Shown: positions 48,567 to 61,094 of the stretch, piece after piece | How positions within the stretch are numbered: the first letter of the stretch is position 1 | How the letters are laid out: each line of letters begins with the position of its first letter | The notes under the pieces: generated by a model | What the model was told of the DNA's origin: nothing | The model's database searches: none | The model's input: only the letters and a program-made list of their open reading frames with translations | IMG/VR virus record: IMGVR_UViG_3300044475_000035 | Span: 1 to 64,000 of that record | Direction: 5' to 3' (one strand) | Length of the DNA: 64,000 nt | Source of the DNA: a virus | Taxonomy: Duplodnaviria; Caudoviricetes | Position numbers and translations under genes: made by a program

Positions 48567-51500
48567 ATGATTAACTTACTTGAAGAAACATTGCGAGTAT
48601 TGAAACGTAATGGTAAAACACCACAAGATGTTTTATGGGTTGGTGATCAATTTAAAAAGACAACATGGGATGACTTTGCTTCTATTGCTAACTTTAATTA
48701 TGATAATGGGTTTGGTTTCAACGAGATTGAATCAAGCTTACTTATAGTTGGAAAAGATTTTTGGTTAGAACGTGAAGAATATGATGGTTCTGAATGCTGG
48801 GTGTATAAAGAATACCCTACTTGTGAGTCCGACAAGTTCACAAAGATACTAGATGTAAAAGATGGATGTTTTATGGGTATTAAGTGGGGAGAAGTGGTGT
48901 GATTATAAAAATAGGTACATCCAGTGACGGTGAATTTGCAATCCATTTTGATTCAAACGAAAACCTTGTGTTTTTAGAGATGAATGGAGTATGTTCAGCA
49001 GATTATACAAGAGAAGAATTGAAAGGTATTTTGAAAGAAATGGTCACTTCATTGGAGGTGATACAATGAAACTTAAAATACTTAGCTTATTAGCTACTTT
49101 ACTTGTCTCTTGTCAATATTCTCCCGTATACGCTAACATTACAGATAATTCTTCTGTTTATTTAGGTAATAAGGGTACAGAACTTACTTTATGTAAAGAT
49201 ATTGCAGGTTTTGCTTATGTTTCTATGAAAGCTAGACAAGATGGTATTGCAGAAGAAGTACAGAAAGACTTAGCACCTGTCCCAACTAATCAAGATGAAT
49301 ATCAACTTAGACTGTTGTTAGATAGTATTGTAAATGGTGCTTATATCTTTCCTGTTTATAAAGATAAACAAGACAAAGAAGAAATTAGTTTACGTTTTAG
49401 TGAAGTAATTTATCATAAATGTAAAGGGGAGAAGTAAATGCTAGATTTATTTGTATTAGTGTTTCTAACTATGTTTATCGCTTTACTTATTGTTCTTGTT
49501 TGTTTAAACCTTAATGTAATGTTTAATAAGGGTAAGGAAAGGTAGATGAAAGTATATATTCTTTACACAACAGACGTATGTGGGTTTGATTCAGTAGAAG
49601 GGGTATTTGCATCTTACTCTGCTATGACAACATGGTTAAAGGAGAAGTACAACTATTCCTCTGATCTTTGTAAGCAAGACGATACAGAAGGTTGTTTTAG
49701 TGCTTTGTTGTATGTGAAAGGGGATGTTTATGATGTTGGGTATTATGTATTTGATGTTATAGGTGAACATAGTCATAAGACAAACACTATTGAGTTTAAA
49801 TAAGGAGATGTAATGAAATACATATTTAACATTTACAACAATGATCTTAACGGCATTATTGAAGTAGAAGCTCCTAACGATCAGAAAGCAATTGAGATAG
49901 TAAATAATTTAGGTTTGAAGTTTAATAGTATGCAACCTAGTATTTGTGTTTATAAGATTCAATATACTAGTGTAAATACAAAGAAGTGGAATCTTTAAGG
50001 AGAGTAGAATGAATTATAAAGATGTTGTTGTAGAAGAAAACTGGGGTAACAGTTACATGGTAAAGGTAAAAGGTGTAGAAGAACCTTTACTGTTGTGTGT
50101 AGGCGCAGATACACCTGATGGTACTATTTGTTTACACGAAGTTGGGTGGGATGGTAAAGAGTATTTTGAAAAAGATATTGTAGAAATATTATCAGAGTGC
50201 GAGTATGAGGAAGAAGATGACTATGAAGACGAGGATAACATTGACTGGAAGATGCTTGAGAACTACATGGTGCAGCCTAATGTCTTTGAGTACGGGTCAA
50301 AAGAAGATTTGAATCAAATTGTGAGTTGGCTAGACCAGCCCAACATCAGTCACGACAGTTTCTATAACGGGACTTATGAACAGTATGTAGAAAACTTAGA
50401 TAAAGAATACGGTATAGTGTTTTATTGGTGTGAATATGATGACTATAGTCTTGGGGATGGGTTAAGACACTTCATCAAAATTATATCAGGTGCTAAAATC
50501 GTATAACTTTTAAAGGATGACAGAAATGTTGTCCTTTTTCTTTATAAGGTATTGACAGAAAAGAATAGAACAACTAGAATCTATTAATCAACAAAGGAGT
50601 TTAATATGATTACAGCAACACAGGCTTTAAACATAAGTGTAAATATGCAAACAGTAGAAAGAATGCTTTTCATAGCAGACAAGGGGGTTAAAGAAGCAGC
50701 TTCTAAGGGTCACACGCACTGTATATTGAAGTATTCTAAAACCTTGTACAGCAATTCTGAAAGGTTACTTGTAAAACAGAAGTTAAATAAATGCGGTTAT
50801 TACATCCGCACAGAGTTATTCTTAGAGGATAAAGATGAAACTCTTGTTTTGGTGTGGTTATAAGGAGATACAAACATGAGTAACGAACAGAAACGACAAG
50901 AGCTTCTAGCACAAGGTTATGTTAAGGTAGGGTCTAAGACATATCTTGAGTACTGGAAGAAAGGAGAAGAAGTAATTACACTAAATATAGACGAGGAAGT
51001 TAATATGAAACAAGGTTTGATTGAGTTTGATGGTCATACAATTACCTACCCAAACGGTAATAAGATATACATTAACTGCGATGATTATAGTTATACATTT
51101 GATGTGGCTGATTCAACGGGTAATGAGTTAGGTAGCGACATGTGGGTACTTGAACAGGCACATAAAGTAGCTTTAGGAGATTTACAATGAATAAAGACAG
51201 TAAACCTCTAGTTGAGCTGCGTCTATGTGGAAGTCATAAGGATGAAAAAGGTGAACGTTGTTACGTTAACTGCACTTTAGAGTATGGTAAGACAGATGGT
51301 TGTGACAACGAAGAAATAGTAAAAATGCTACAAAAAGTTGCTACAGAGATATTAATTAAAGCGAAGGGTTTAGAATGAGTTGGAATTACCGTGTTGTTGA
51401 GAAAGAATACTTACTACCACGAGAACTACGTGTGTATGAAAATGAAACACAAACATACTATCAAATTCATGAAGTGTATTATGATGCTAATGGAAATATT

Positions 51501-52000
51501 ACAATGTACTCTAAAGAAGCAATTACACCTTTTGGAGAGGATTCTGTAGATAGTTTGCAATTAGATTTACATAAGATGCAAGAAGCTTTTAACAAACCTA
51601 TCTTGTTAGAAAAAGATTTAATCAATTTATTTAAAAAGGAAACAAAATGAAAAATGTAATTAAGTTAAAAACTAAACGTGAATTTGACATTGCTGAACAA
51701 GCTTATGCTCATGGAATGAGTCAAGGTATGGCAAACATCATGCACCAATTCACAAATGGTCTGCTAGACAAAGAGTTTGTTAAGGAGATGCTAGAAGAAT
51801 CTGAAATTGAAATGACACAAGAAGTTCATATTGGAGATGGTGTGTTACAGAAGAATAATTTGAATGATCATGGTTGTGTTATCGGGGTTAAAGATGGTAA
51901 GTTCTTAGTTAGTTGGCACTCAGGCACTATTAATGAATGCGAGACTTCTGTAGAACCTAGTGATTTAATTCTAGCTAACGACCCTACTAGGGAGTGGTGA
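48567..52000 (+). other. cluster of about twelve small hypothetical early/middle CDS
   Basis: Sigma70 promoters at ~48493 and ~50552; terminator ~50513; ORFs with AAGGAGA RBSs; one signal-peptide protein (~49066-49437). Confidence 0.65.
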
Positions 52001-52007
52001 TATAAAT

Positions 52008-52034
52008 AAGGGAGCTATTAAGCTCCCTTTCTTT
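52008..52034. terminator. bidirectional terminator between convergent blocks
   Basis: AAGGGAGCT-ATTA-AGCTCCCTT flanked by A and T tracts. Confidence 0.85.
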
Positions 52035-53311
52035 TACTCTTGATTTAACCAATCAACAAACAACGTGTGCATACGCTTACTAGCAATAGCTAATACGATT
52101 GGTTCTCCTTTCCTAATACGACTTCTCCAAACCCATTGTAACAGTTCACTTAAAGCAAACACATTGCGATCAATCTTACAACCATAATCAGTCAGATAAG
52201 AGTCTACAGCAAGGTTAGGAAAACGATTATAACAATGCACTAAACACCATTTAAAAGCATAATTATTTGTAGCTCTTGTACTAGAAGCTAACCAACAAGG
52301 GAAACTATCAAACACTTGCTTACCTTGTTTATCGACTACTTCACAGCCATCTGCATCTAGCTTAGGTAGCTTGTATTCTCTAAATCCTATTGGAGAAATC
52401 TTCTTACCCCCTTTACGAGTAGTTGTATGTAAAGACTTAGGAAATGTATACATCACATCTATACTCTTAGCATCATACTTCCTACACACACCACGAATAT
52501 AGTTAGAGATAGTTGTGCAATCCTTTACTGTAATCTTATTCTTATAATCTCCATAAGACATACCAAGAAGATTAACAGCACGGTTGATAGGTTGTAGATC
52601 AATTAAATCTTTAATCTGTTGCTTACATACAGCATTTGTTTTAACCTCTGTAAATGGTATGGTATCAATCTTCTTTAGTTGCAAGAAAGCATCTAGAACA
52701 TTACCATCAAACATGTAAGTCATAATGATAACCCTCTTAGCACGAGTAAATAATTCAATAGGTAATTGAGTTACCATCATTGTATCTTTTCGTTTGGTTG
52801 AATATACAGCCTTAGCTTTGCATAAGTTATAAAAATATCTATACTTAGCTTTAGCACCAACATCTTTACCACACCAAGAAATCATACCATCTTCATCTGC
52901 TATACAAATATCTTCGTTATCTAGTAAGTATTTAAGATCATCTGTTGTGTACTTAGTGAAGTCATCAATTACACCAACTTCTTCATCAATGATGACAATG
53001 TATTTCCATTTATCAATTAGGTCTAAATGTTCTTCTGACATATTCAAGTACAAAGAATGAGTACAGCAAATGTTAGCACCTTCTGTAAGTTTAAGAAGTA
53101 GGTCTTCTGATTTAGTATTTTCATCACAACTAGGTTGAACAAAGGTTACATGTAAAAGGTCATTCATAACTCTACTTGTATCATCTATCTCAGAGATAAG
53201 AGGGGAGACATAGATGTATCTTTCATTAGGGTTTTCATCTATCCATTTAAGTATTCCATTGGTTTTACTACTGCCCATGATACTGTCTAAGATTTCAATT
53301 TGTGTTGCCAA
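52034..53311 (-). CDS. SF2 helicase-like P-loop protein, paralog 2
   Basis: DSIMGSSKT, YVSPLISE, CTHSLY, IIDEE, TMMVTQLPI, SELLQWVWRSRIR. Confidence 0.75.
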   Translation of the reverse strand: MATQIEILDSIMGSSKTNGILKWIDENPNERYIYVSPLISEIDDTSRVMNDLLHVTFVQPSCDENTKSEDLLLKLTEGANICCTHSLYLNMSEEHLDLIDKWKYIVIIDEEVGVIDDFTKYTTDDLKYLLDNEDICIADEDGMISWCGKDVGAKAKYRYFYNLCKAKAVYSTKRKDTMMVTQLPIELFTRAKRVIIMTYMFDGNVLDAFLQLKKIDTIPFTEVKTNAVCKQQIKDLIDLQPINRAVNLLGMSYGDYKNKITVKDCTTISNYIRGVCRKYDAKSIDVMYTFPKSLHTTTRKGGKKISPIGFREYKLPKLDADGCEVVDKQGKQVFDSFPCWLASSTRATNNYAFKWCLVHCYNRFPNLAVDSYLTDYGCKIDRNVFALSELLQWVWRSRIRKGEPIVLAIASKRMHTLFVDWLNQE

Positions 53312-54500
53312 GAGATACTCCTGTGTAATTGTTTAAGAATTATGGTTAGATACCCTAACCAAAGTGACTTGTATGTAGTTGATATATAAGAAGAATAAAC
53401 AGGTTTTCTTTAGACAAAGATACCTTAAAATATACTAAAACTACAGACTAATAGAGAAGTATAGCACTAGAGTAGAGATATGACAAGGTGTTAGAGGTAA
53501 GAAATATCATAATATTTGTAGTATTAAAGATATAAATAAACAATAATAAAAGATAGCACACAAATAAATAAAGCATATAATAATTACATAGTAGAAATAT
53601 AATATAACAATATAATAACCTTAATCTTGTACCTAAAATATCAACTAAGTATAAGTTAATAATCAGATATAATGTTGTATCAAAAATATCTCTATCGTCT
53701 TAGCACTCATAACAATAAATTTACATCTAAAATATCTATACTTCTTATTGTTCTTTCATTGTTTTCTATTGTTCTTGTTCTATTGTTAAGGTATTGGTGC
53801 ATATAAGTTCTTATAAAAATATCTAGTATCTCTGATGTGCTGCTTAACAGCGCAGTATCACCCTAATCCTTACCCTGCTCTTTTTCTAAAATATCTATAA
53901 CAAATATACTCTAATCATACTGCTGGTGTCAATAGGTTTATATATAGTTATTTCTTATTTATCTTATACCTTATCATAAGGATTAATGATAAATCATAAG
54001 TAATAGTTATATCTTAATTGAGTACACATATGTTCACTGATCTTATCCGGTCGTTCTATTGTTTGCTAATACTTACTCATAACTAATGATCATAGCTGAA
54101 TAGAATCTTGTTGTGTGCTTATGCTCTTATCTTTGTTAGTGCTTATCTTATGCTTGTATGTAGTAGTTACTCAAAGATACTATACTGATCATATAGAGTA
54201 ATGAATAAAGGTTAAATAGTGCCATAGGTGTGACCAGTTATAACAACTGTTATAAATAACCAGTGCTGTAACTGTTTGTATAGCTTAGGGAATAGACTAA
54301 GGGTCTAAGAGAAGGTTGTCTAACAGAACAAGACTTTAAAGAAACATAAGTAACTAATAGAGACTAACTAAGAACAATCATAAATAATAGTATAAACTAA
54401 TAATATATTATAAAGATGCGTAAGAATGCTCAAAAGATATTATTGTCTTAGTGCTATTTTTATAATCCTATGAACATAATAAAGGGACTTATTAGTCCCT
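53312..54500. other. ~1.2 kb AT-rich non-coding tract (candidate genome end, terminal repeat or origin)
   Basis: No ORF of 60 aa or more on either strand; few CG dinucleotides; hairpin AGGGACT/AGTCCCT at ~54483-54500. Confidence 0.5.
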
Positions 54501-54530
54501 ATGTGTTGGTGCTATATGTATGTGTTATCT

Positions 54531-54677
54531 TCAATCAATGTCCTTGTCATCACTATCTATATCTTTACTATTAGCTATAGCCTTACAAGATAAGTAAGCT
54601 AAAGCTATCACTAGCATTAAAGCTACTGCAAAGACAATAGCTAGTATTAAATCAATGTTATGTTGTTGTATATTCAT
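54531..54677 (-). CDS. 48-aa membrane peptide (not in the ORF track)
   Basis: MNIQQHNIDLILAIVFAVALMLVIALAYLSCK...; ATGA overlap with the upstream peptide. Confidence 0.55.
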   Translation of the reverse strand: MNIQQHNIDLILAIVFAVALMLVIALAYLSCKAIANSKDIDSDDKDID

Positions 54678-54814
54678 TTGTTATACCCTCTTAAATAGTT
54701 ACTAATTTGTTTATCTTTCATAATCTTATCTTGCTTATCTGCTTTAGATAAGATTAGATAGCTTACAATGAATAAGAATAAGCATAGTAAGCTAATAATT
54801 AGATCAATATTCAT
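54674..54814 (-). CDS. 46-aa membrane peptide (not in the ORF track)
   Basis: MNIDLIISLLCLFLFIVSYLILSKADKQDK...; RBS AAGGG. Confidence 0.55.
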   Translation of the reverse strand: MNIDLIISLLCLFLFIVSYLILSKADKQDKIMKDKQISNYLRGYNK

Positions 54815-54834
54815 AACGTTACCCTTTTAATAAA

Positions 54835-56582
54835 TTAAACAATACGAACAATGCTATTTGTATTCTCTATTGAGTCTAGCATCCCTTTAAACAACTTACA
54901 ACAAGTGATATTCAACTTATAAAGCATTGTGGTAGTGTTTACACCTTGTTTATTAAAGACTACTATTGTCTTACCTTGTTTGTAAGCTTGTTCTATCGTG
55001 CAGAGTGTTAACATTGTCTTAATCCTTAAATTACTTTCTTAATTCTGTTTTATTCAATACGTTAACAAAGTCAATGATTGAATGATTGTTATATTGCTTT
55101 AAAAGCATATCATACGTTGTTTGATCAACACTGGGATAAGCTCTAAATACTCGACCTTTATCAAGCACTTTAACAGTATAGTATGCTTGCGTCAAACACC
55201 CTTTGCATCTATGTTCCCATCTTCTAATGAGTAAAGCCATTGTTTACTCCTTAAAGCTAATGCAATGTTCTTGATATAACTTGCTACCTTTAAAATAAGT
55301 AGTTAAACAAGCTTTCTTACCTTTAATATGCTGATCTATCTGATCATATTCTTGTCTAGATATACGAACAAAACGATTGCATGTAGAATTATTGATATGT
55401 GCGTAAAAGTAAATTTTTCCTTTTGAATCAGTTCTACGCAATGTAGTCCCTTTTTGCGTGTCTTTAATAAAATAAAATACATCTAAATATTTACTGGTCA
55501 TGTCGTATTCCTTAATCAGTACAAGCTTTTAACTGTATTTACTTGGTATTGTGAGTTGTTCCAATTTATGTATTCAATTGGATAATTACTAAATGGTTTA
55601 TACTTGATTAAACGAGTATGAGTTTTTCCACTATGTTCAATCAAAACGTATTGCTTACCGTCTTTAACTTCACCTTTTACTGCATATTGTACATGATCAA
55701 TTAATTGTTTCATTTCAGTTACTCAACTCTTAAACATTTAAACCAAGTTTATGAGCTTTTTCCAAAGCTTCACCCAAGCATTTTACATATATTACATAAT
55801 AATTTGATAACGTAACTTTTAACATACTGCGCTTCATCCTTAACTCTCTGCGATCGGCTTGCCTTGTTCGCTTGGTTTAAACCTTATCGGATATGTCAAG
55901 ATACCAACCACAATTAATATTATCAATATAATGCTTAACGTTAAACATATCAGCAGACTTTACATACTCGCTATGGCTAAAGTCGATTGATTCAGGCAAG
56001 TCAAGCAAAGCCAATACCTTTTGCGCCCGTCTTTCATATTCACGATCATAACCGTAAGACTCAAAACCTTTAGCTAACTGTCGAATTGTTCCGTCACTCA
56101 GCTTGACTTCTAAATTAAAGCAATTATATGTACTACCGCTACGAAAACGTAAACGCCCTAAGACACTGGTTGCAACTACGGTTAGTTGCTCATCTTTGAT
56201 TGCTTGCAATGTATTGGTGTTCACAATACATTTCACCAGTTTAGCATTCTTTACTGTTAATGTAGCCATTTTAGTTCCTCACTTTGTTTAAATTGCTCAT
56301 TATTGAGCTTTGATTAAAGATTCATTTATTGGATAACCTTATTTAAAAGTTATCCTAAAATAAAACTTAAATCCAGTAAATTCCATAATGTTGATTATGA
56401 ACAAGTAATGTTGATTCTCGACTGGATTTAGACACATAAAACAAAGTAGTTAGGTGCATTACACCTTTACTATTAATAAAACACATTGTGTTTGTGCGAA
56501 TAACTTGTTTCTTGATTGACTTAATCATCTTAATCTCCTTTCTGTTTAAGATTGTTTGCTTTCGATGAAACAAAGATAACAA
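54835..56582 (-). other. cluster of small basic hypothetical CDS, probably immediate-early (54835-55014, 55031-55240, 55244-55501, 55516-55713, 55877-56269, ~56367-56528)
   Basis: ORFs with RBSs; minus-strand TTGACA-N17-TATCTT promoter near 56600. Confidence 0.6.
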
Positions 56583-56822
56583 TTAATTAATTTTGTGTCA
56601 ACTCTTTTATTCATCTTTTTATCATTATTTTAATATTAATTTTAATAAAATACATAACTACTTAATTTATAAAGAATTAAAGATTAGATAATTACATTAA
56701 ATGCTAATGATTCAAGGCATTTTCTTTTTCTGTTTATGGTTTATCAAAGAATAGAGAATAGATAACACAAGGATAGGTAGCTATATAGCTTGGTGTTACT
56801 GGTGTTTTAACCTTAGTTTTAT

Positions 56823-57494
56823 TTATATAAGGAGACGCGTGCGTAAATACACTAAACCAAGGTATCTTGTAAACAACTTTCTGAATATTTTTGTAATTGT
56901 AAGGATTCTGTTTTCACTATAACACCTTTGTAACATAGATGCCCATACTTGATAAGTTTTAAAATTTTCAGCGATAAGTTTTCTGTCTCCTCCGTTATCT
57001 CCAACCTTGTGAACTGTATTCAAGGTTTTTGGTTTTACAATTTTCTCAACACTATAATCCCTAACATTACCTGTCGGGATTTGTCCTTTCGAACAAATTT
57101 GTTCTGTTTCTGTATTAAGAAACCTTATTTTAACTTGTGTCGATGAAACCTCCCCAACTACGATAAAATCTCCGTAGTTTTTAGAGGAAAACAGTTTACC
57201 TAAGTGTTTATATGTTTTCTTTCGTTTTCCAGTAGGTGTAAATTTTGGTAAAGATGGGTCTCTTACTCCTCCATCTTTAATTGCTGTAGAACTTACAAAA
57301 CACTCAACTTTTGTGTCTATGAATTGGATCTTTACATTCGAGCAATCTACATACTCTAACACCACAAAATCCCCGTAATTGGCAGATTTAAATATTCTAC
57401 CAACATACTGAACTCTTGTTGAGCGTATTTTACCATTCTCTTTTAAATTAGTCATAACCTTCTCCGTATAAGTATCAAACAATTCGACTTTCAA
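56823..57494 (-). pseudogene. HNH homing endonuclease truncated before the nuclease core
   Basis: Two F.S.NYGDF.V repeats and YQVWASMLQRCYSEN, then similarity stops (~56905); no LDKD or TCCF motifs. Confidence 0.7.
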
Positions 57495-57517
57495 AACCTA
57501 AATGCTACATGATTATT

Positions 57518-58773
57518 CTAATAATATATAAAGTTCGTATTTAGGTTTAAATTACACCATTCTAACAGTTCACGTAAATCTCTAGTTGAATAATCATAAG
57601 CTACACACAACCTATTACTAGGTAAGTAATAGCATTCATACCAAACCTCTCCGTTGATGTATTTAGCTCCTATAGAACAAATAGGGTTGTACCAAACATA
57701 GTGGTTATCCCTATCTTTAAAGTAGGTTATGAAGTTTTCGATGTTTATAAGCATAATTTATTTATACTCTCCTAAAGAAAATTCATTAACCATTTCATAC
57801 CTACCTGAATAGTAACCTTCTAGCACTTCTCTAGCAGTAGAACAGCATTTATCCCATTCACCTTTACTTTTATACCACATTGTAATTTGTTTACAATTAA
57901 CCACCTTATACAACCTCTTGTTCTCTGTATTGTAATAGAACTTAATCTGTTGTTTCATACAAATCCCTCTTTACGGCTTGTTCTAATTCTTGTCTTAATT
58001 GTTCTTGTGTTTGTTCATCACCTAAAGGTAACAGTTTGTTTACAGGAAAGTAACCGTAACCAATCCTTTTTAAATTCGCACCCAATAGTTCAGAGTTGTT
58101 TACCAAAAACCAATCTACACCATCACAATATCTGTTTGGATAAAACTCAGTTAATTCTACAGTTAACCCAATATTATTAGGAGATATTTTTGAACCCAGT
58201 GTTAAAGCTAACCCACCAACTTGTAATCTACTCATCTTTATTATTCCTCAAAATTATAGAATTGTTGAGCTAAATGCTCGATTACATTATCTTCATCATA
58301 ACCTAATAAGGTTAAGTTGTCATCGGATAATTCAGGTACAATTGTAATCTTACCAATAAACTTATGGTTGACAAACTCTCCATACAGATCATCATAATCT
58401 TTAAAGATTTGCATAACACCGTTCCATTTAAAGACTACATATTGTTCTTCGTCTCTATGGTTTAGGTAGTAAAAAGCTATCAAATTATCTTTAAAGTCAA
58501 TGCTATCGAATTGCCAATGATTGTTCTCGTTTATAAAATTAATATCATGTTTCATTTTACCTCTCCTCTATTTTCATAATCTTTCCAAAACCAAACATCA
58601 CCGACATAATTATCTAAATCATCAAACACTGCTAAATCTGCTTGACCAGTAATTGTTTCATCGAATCTAGCAGGATACCACTCTAAATCTGAGTGTCCAT
58701 ACTTACTGATAATTTGTACGAGAATCTCACGACCTTTCGGTGGTGCAATCACTCTTGCATCATATTCATTCAT
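57518..58773 (-). other. five small hypothetical CDS
   Basis: Packed ORFs; 57518-57754 is a paralog of 9853-10107. Confidence 0.65.
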
Positions 58774-59016
58774 CTCTGTCTCCTTTGTACATCTGTACGT
58801 TTATTTAATAATTCAATTATACACACAAAATAAAAGAGAACAACCCTAAAGTCATCCTCTTTGTAATTATTCTTTAAAATAAATATTGTAACTTTCAAAT
58901 ACTGCTTCTTTAGGAGAGAGATAATTACTCACAACATCTCCATAGATACAAACAAAATTATGGAATTGTAAACAACTAAAACCACCTTCATCAACTTTGA
59001 GGGTTGGTAGTTTCAT
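58771..59016 (-). repeat. direct repeat copy 1 (gene 3' half, terminator, promoter, RBS)
   Basis: Near-identical ~120-bp core shared with 59521-59640, with diverged coding homology extending to 59016. Confidence 0.9.
58867..59016 (-). CDS. 49-aa truncated paralog of 59615-59866 (not in the ORF track)
   Basis: MKLPTLKVDEGGFSCLQFHNFVCIYG...SPKEAVFESYNIYFKE; RBS AAGGAGA. Confidence 0.65.
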   Translation of the reverse strand: MKLPTLKVDEGGFSCLQFHNFVCIYGDVVSNYLSPKEAVFESYNIYFKE

Positions 59017-59026
59017 ACCTGTCTCC

Positions 59027-59523
59027 TTATCTTACTGCTGCTTCTGTGATAATACCTTCACCATAAGGAGAATAAGCTCCATAAGTTTGTTGTGCGAACT
59101 TTGAACACTCATCTACTGTTTCTGCTTGATCGTTACTTGCTGCTGTTAAAGTTTTGATAGATGCAGAAGACTTTATACAATCATTTGTAGCTGTAATAAT
59201 CTCTTTAGCGTAAGTTTGACGATTTTTCATAATGTGCTTAGCTTCTAACCTTAGATTGTCTTGGTGTTGTTCTCCTGCGAACCAAGGGATTAGAACAATT
59301 GCAATACAAATAAACCCTGAAATCCATAAAGGTGCTTTACTCATTGCACTTCCTCCATCATTCGTAAATCTGAATCTAGCACTTCACACCACAATTCACC
59401 AGTTTTTTCTAAATTAAACTGACTCCAACGACCAACTTGTCCAACATAGATAAGAATGTCATTTTCATATTTCCACTTGTATTTGTTGCCAATAATTAGA
59501 TTTGTTACTGTCAGTTGTTTCAT
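59027..59523 (-). other. two CDS between the direct repeats (59027-59344 membrane-anchored; 59341-59523)
   Basis: Coupled ORFs; N-terminal TM helix in the first. Confidence 0.7.
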
Positions 59524-59764
59524 CTCTATCTCCTTTGTGCTTCTGCACGTTATTTAATAATTCAATTATACACACAAAATAAAAGAGAACAACTAAAAGT
59601 CATCCTCTTTGTAATTATTCTTTAAAATAAATATTGTAATCTTCGAATATAGGTTCTCTTGGAGAGAAGTAAGTACTTACAGAATTACCATAGATTCTAA
59701 CAAACTCATGGAATTGCAAACGACTAAATCCGTCTTCATCAACTTTGAGCTTTGGTAATTCCAT
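59521..59764 (-). repeat. direct repeat copy 2
   Basis: CATCTCTATCTCCTTTGT...TTATTTAATAATTCAATTATACACACAAAATAAAAGAGAACAAC...GTCATCCTCTTTGTAATTATTCTTTAAAATAAATATTGTAA. Confidence 0.9.
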
Positions 59765-61083
59765 ACCGTTAGGTAATTTCTGTTTCATATAGTGATGAAG
59801 ATACATCTTTATACCTAATTTAGTAGGTTTGAAATATACAAAATCATTCATGTTAAATTTAATCATGGGTTATCTCCAACACCTTTAAAAAGCTTTCGTG
59901 TAAAGCCCCTCCATTAATCAAAACTCTGAAACGCATTTGAAGAAGATCAAGTTGCTTTTGAAGAACATCTCTTTCTTCAAGGTATTTACGTTTATCTTCA
60001 CCATTACTTTGTGCAATCTTTTCCCATCCTTTCATTAAATCTAGTTGCTTTGTTAGTTCTTTAGTCTTTTTACACTCTCGAACATAGAGATCATCTAAAC
60101 TTTCTGCAACGAGAATGTATTCATTTAATGTGTGGTTTAATTCGTCAGTTTCATAACTAATTCGATGTTGCCCGTCAATATAACCGTGATGGTATCCGTC
60201 ATCGTATTGATCACTCATTTTGACATCACTCCTACAATACAAGTAGCTCGAAACTCTACATTACGAGTTGTACTACTACCTTTAACCTCTTTACCAACAT
60301 AAGCTTTCTTATTAAGTATACATTGTTGCATATTAGCTTGTGGAATCATTTGTGATGTGGGTGCAGGACTGTTAGTATTCATCACTAAAACTAAATAAAC
60401 TACGTTTAACACTTCACTTCTTCCCAATCTCCGCCATTTAGATGGAATGTATCACTAAACAATGTGTAAATTTCACTTCCTTCATCGTCTTCAATATTAA
60501 ACCCAAAACTATCATAATCTAATTCTACAACTTCATACTCTTTACCATAAGTTAAATATTCTACCAACTCACCGTTATAACTTTTAATCTTGACTTTCAT
60601 TTCACCATCTCCATAAATTGCTCCATTGTTGTTTTGTCAAAAGTGTAGCATATAGACTTTTGACCGCTCGTTATCCAAACACATATACCCTTACCACCAT
60701 GTCTTTCAGGATGTACACATTCAATAAATATTGTGTTTAAAATCTTATCTTCAATACGAATAAACATTTTACATCCCCTTTTCAACAGCCAATTGATTGA
60801 TTACTTCAAACACTTCGTTAGCTTTGATACTCTGTGCATTGAAATAATACCAAAGTTTCTTTAACATGATTGTTTCTAATTCACTGTACTCTATTTCAGT
60901 TATCTCTTTACCTTTTGTTGTGTAAAGTATCTCAGCTTTACTGAAATTTAGAGATAAAACATAACGCATTTCACCATTGCACATTTGATATTGTAATAGT
61001 TTAAAAACGTTGTAAAATTCCCAACTATACGAATCTGATAAGTAGCTGTAAGTTGGTTCTGATTTCAGTAAAATAAAACTCAT
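59615..61083 (-). other. six small hypothetical CDS
   Basis: Packed, coupled ORFs. Confidence 0.65.
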
Positions 61084-61094
61084 TTCATATCTCC

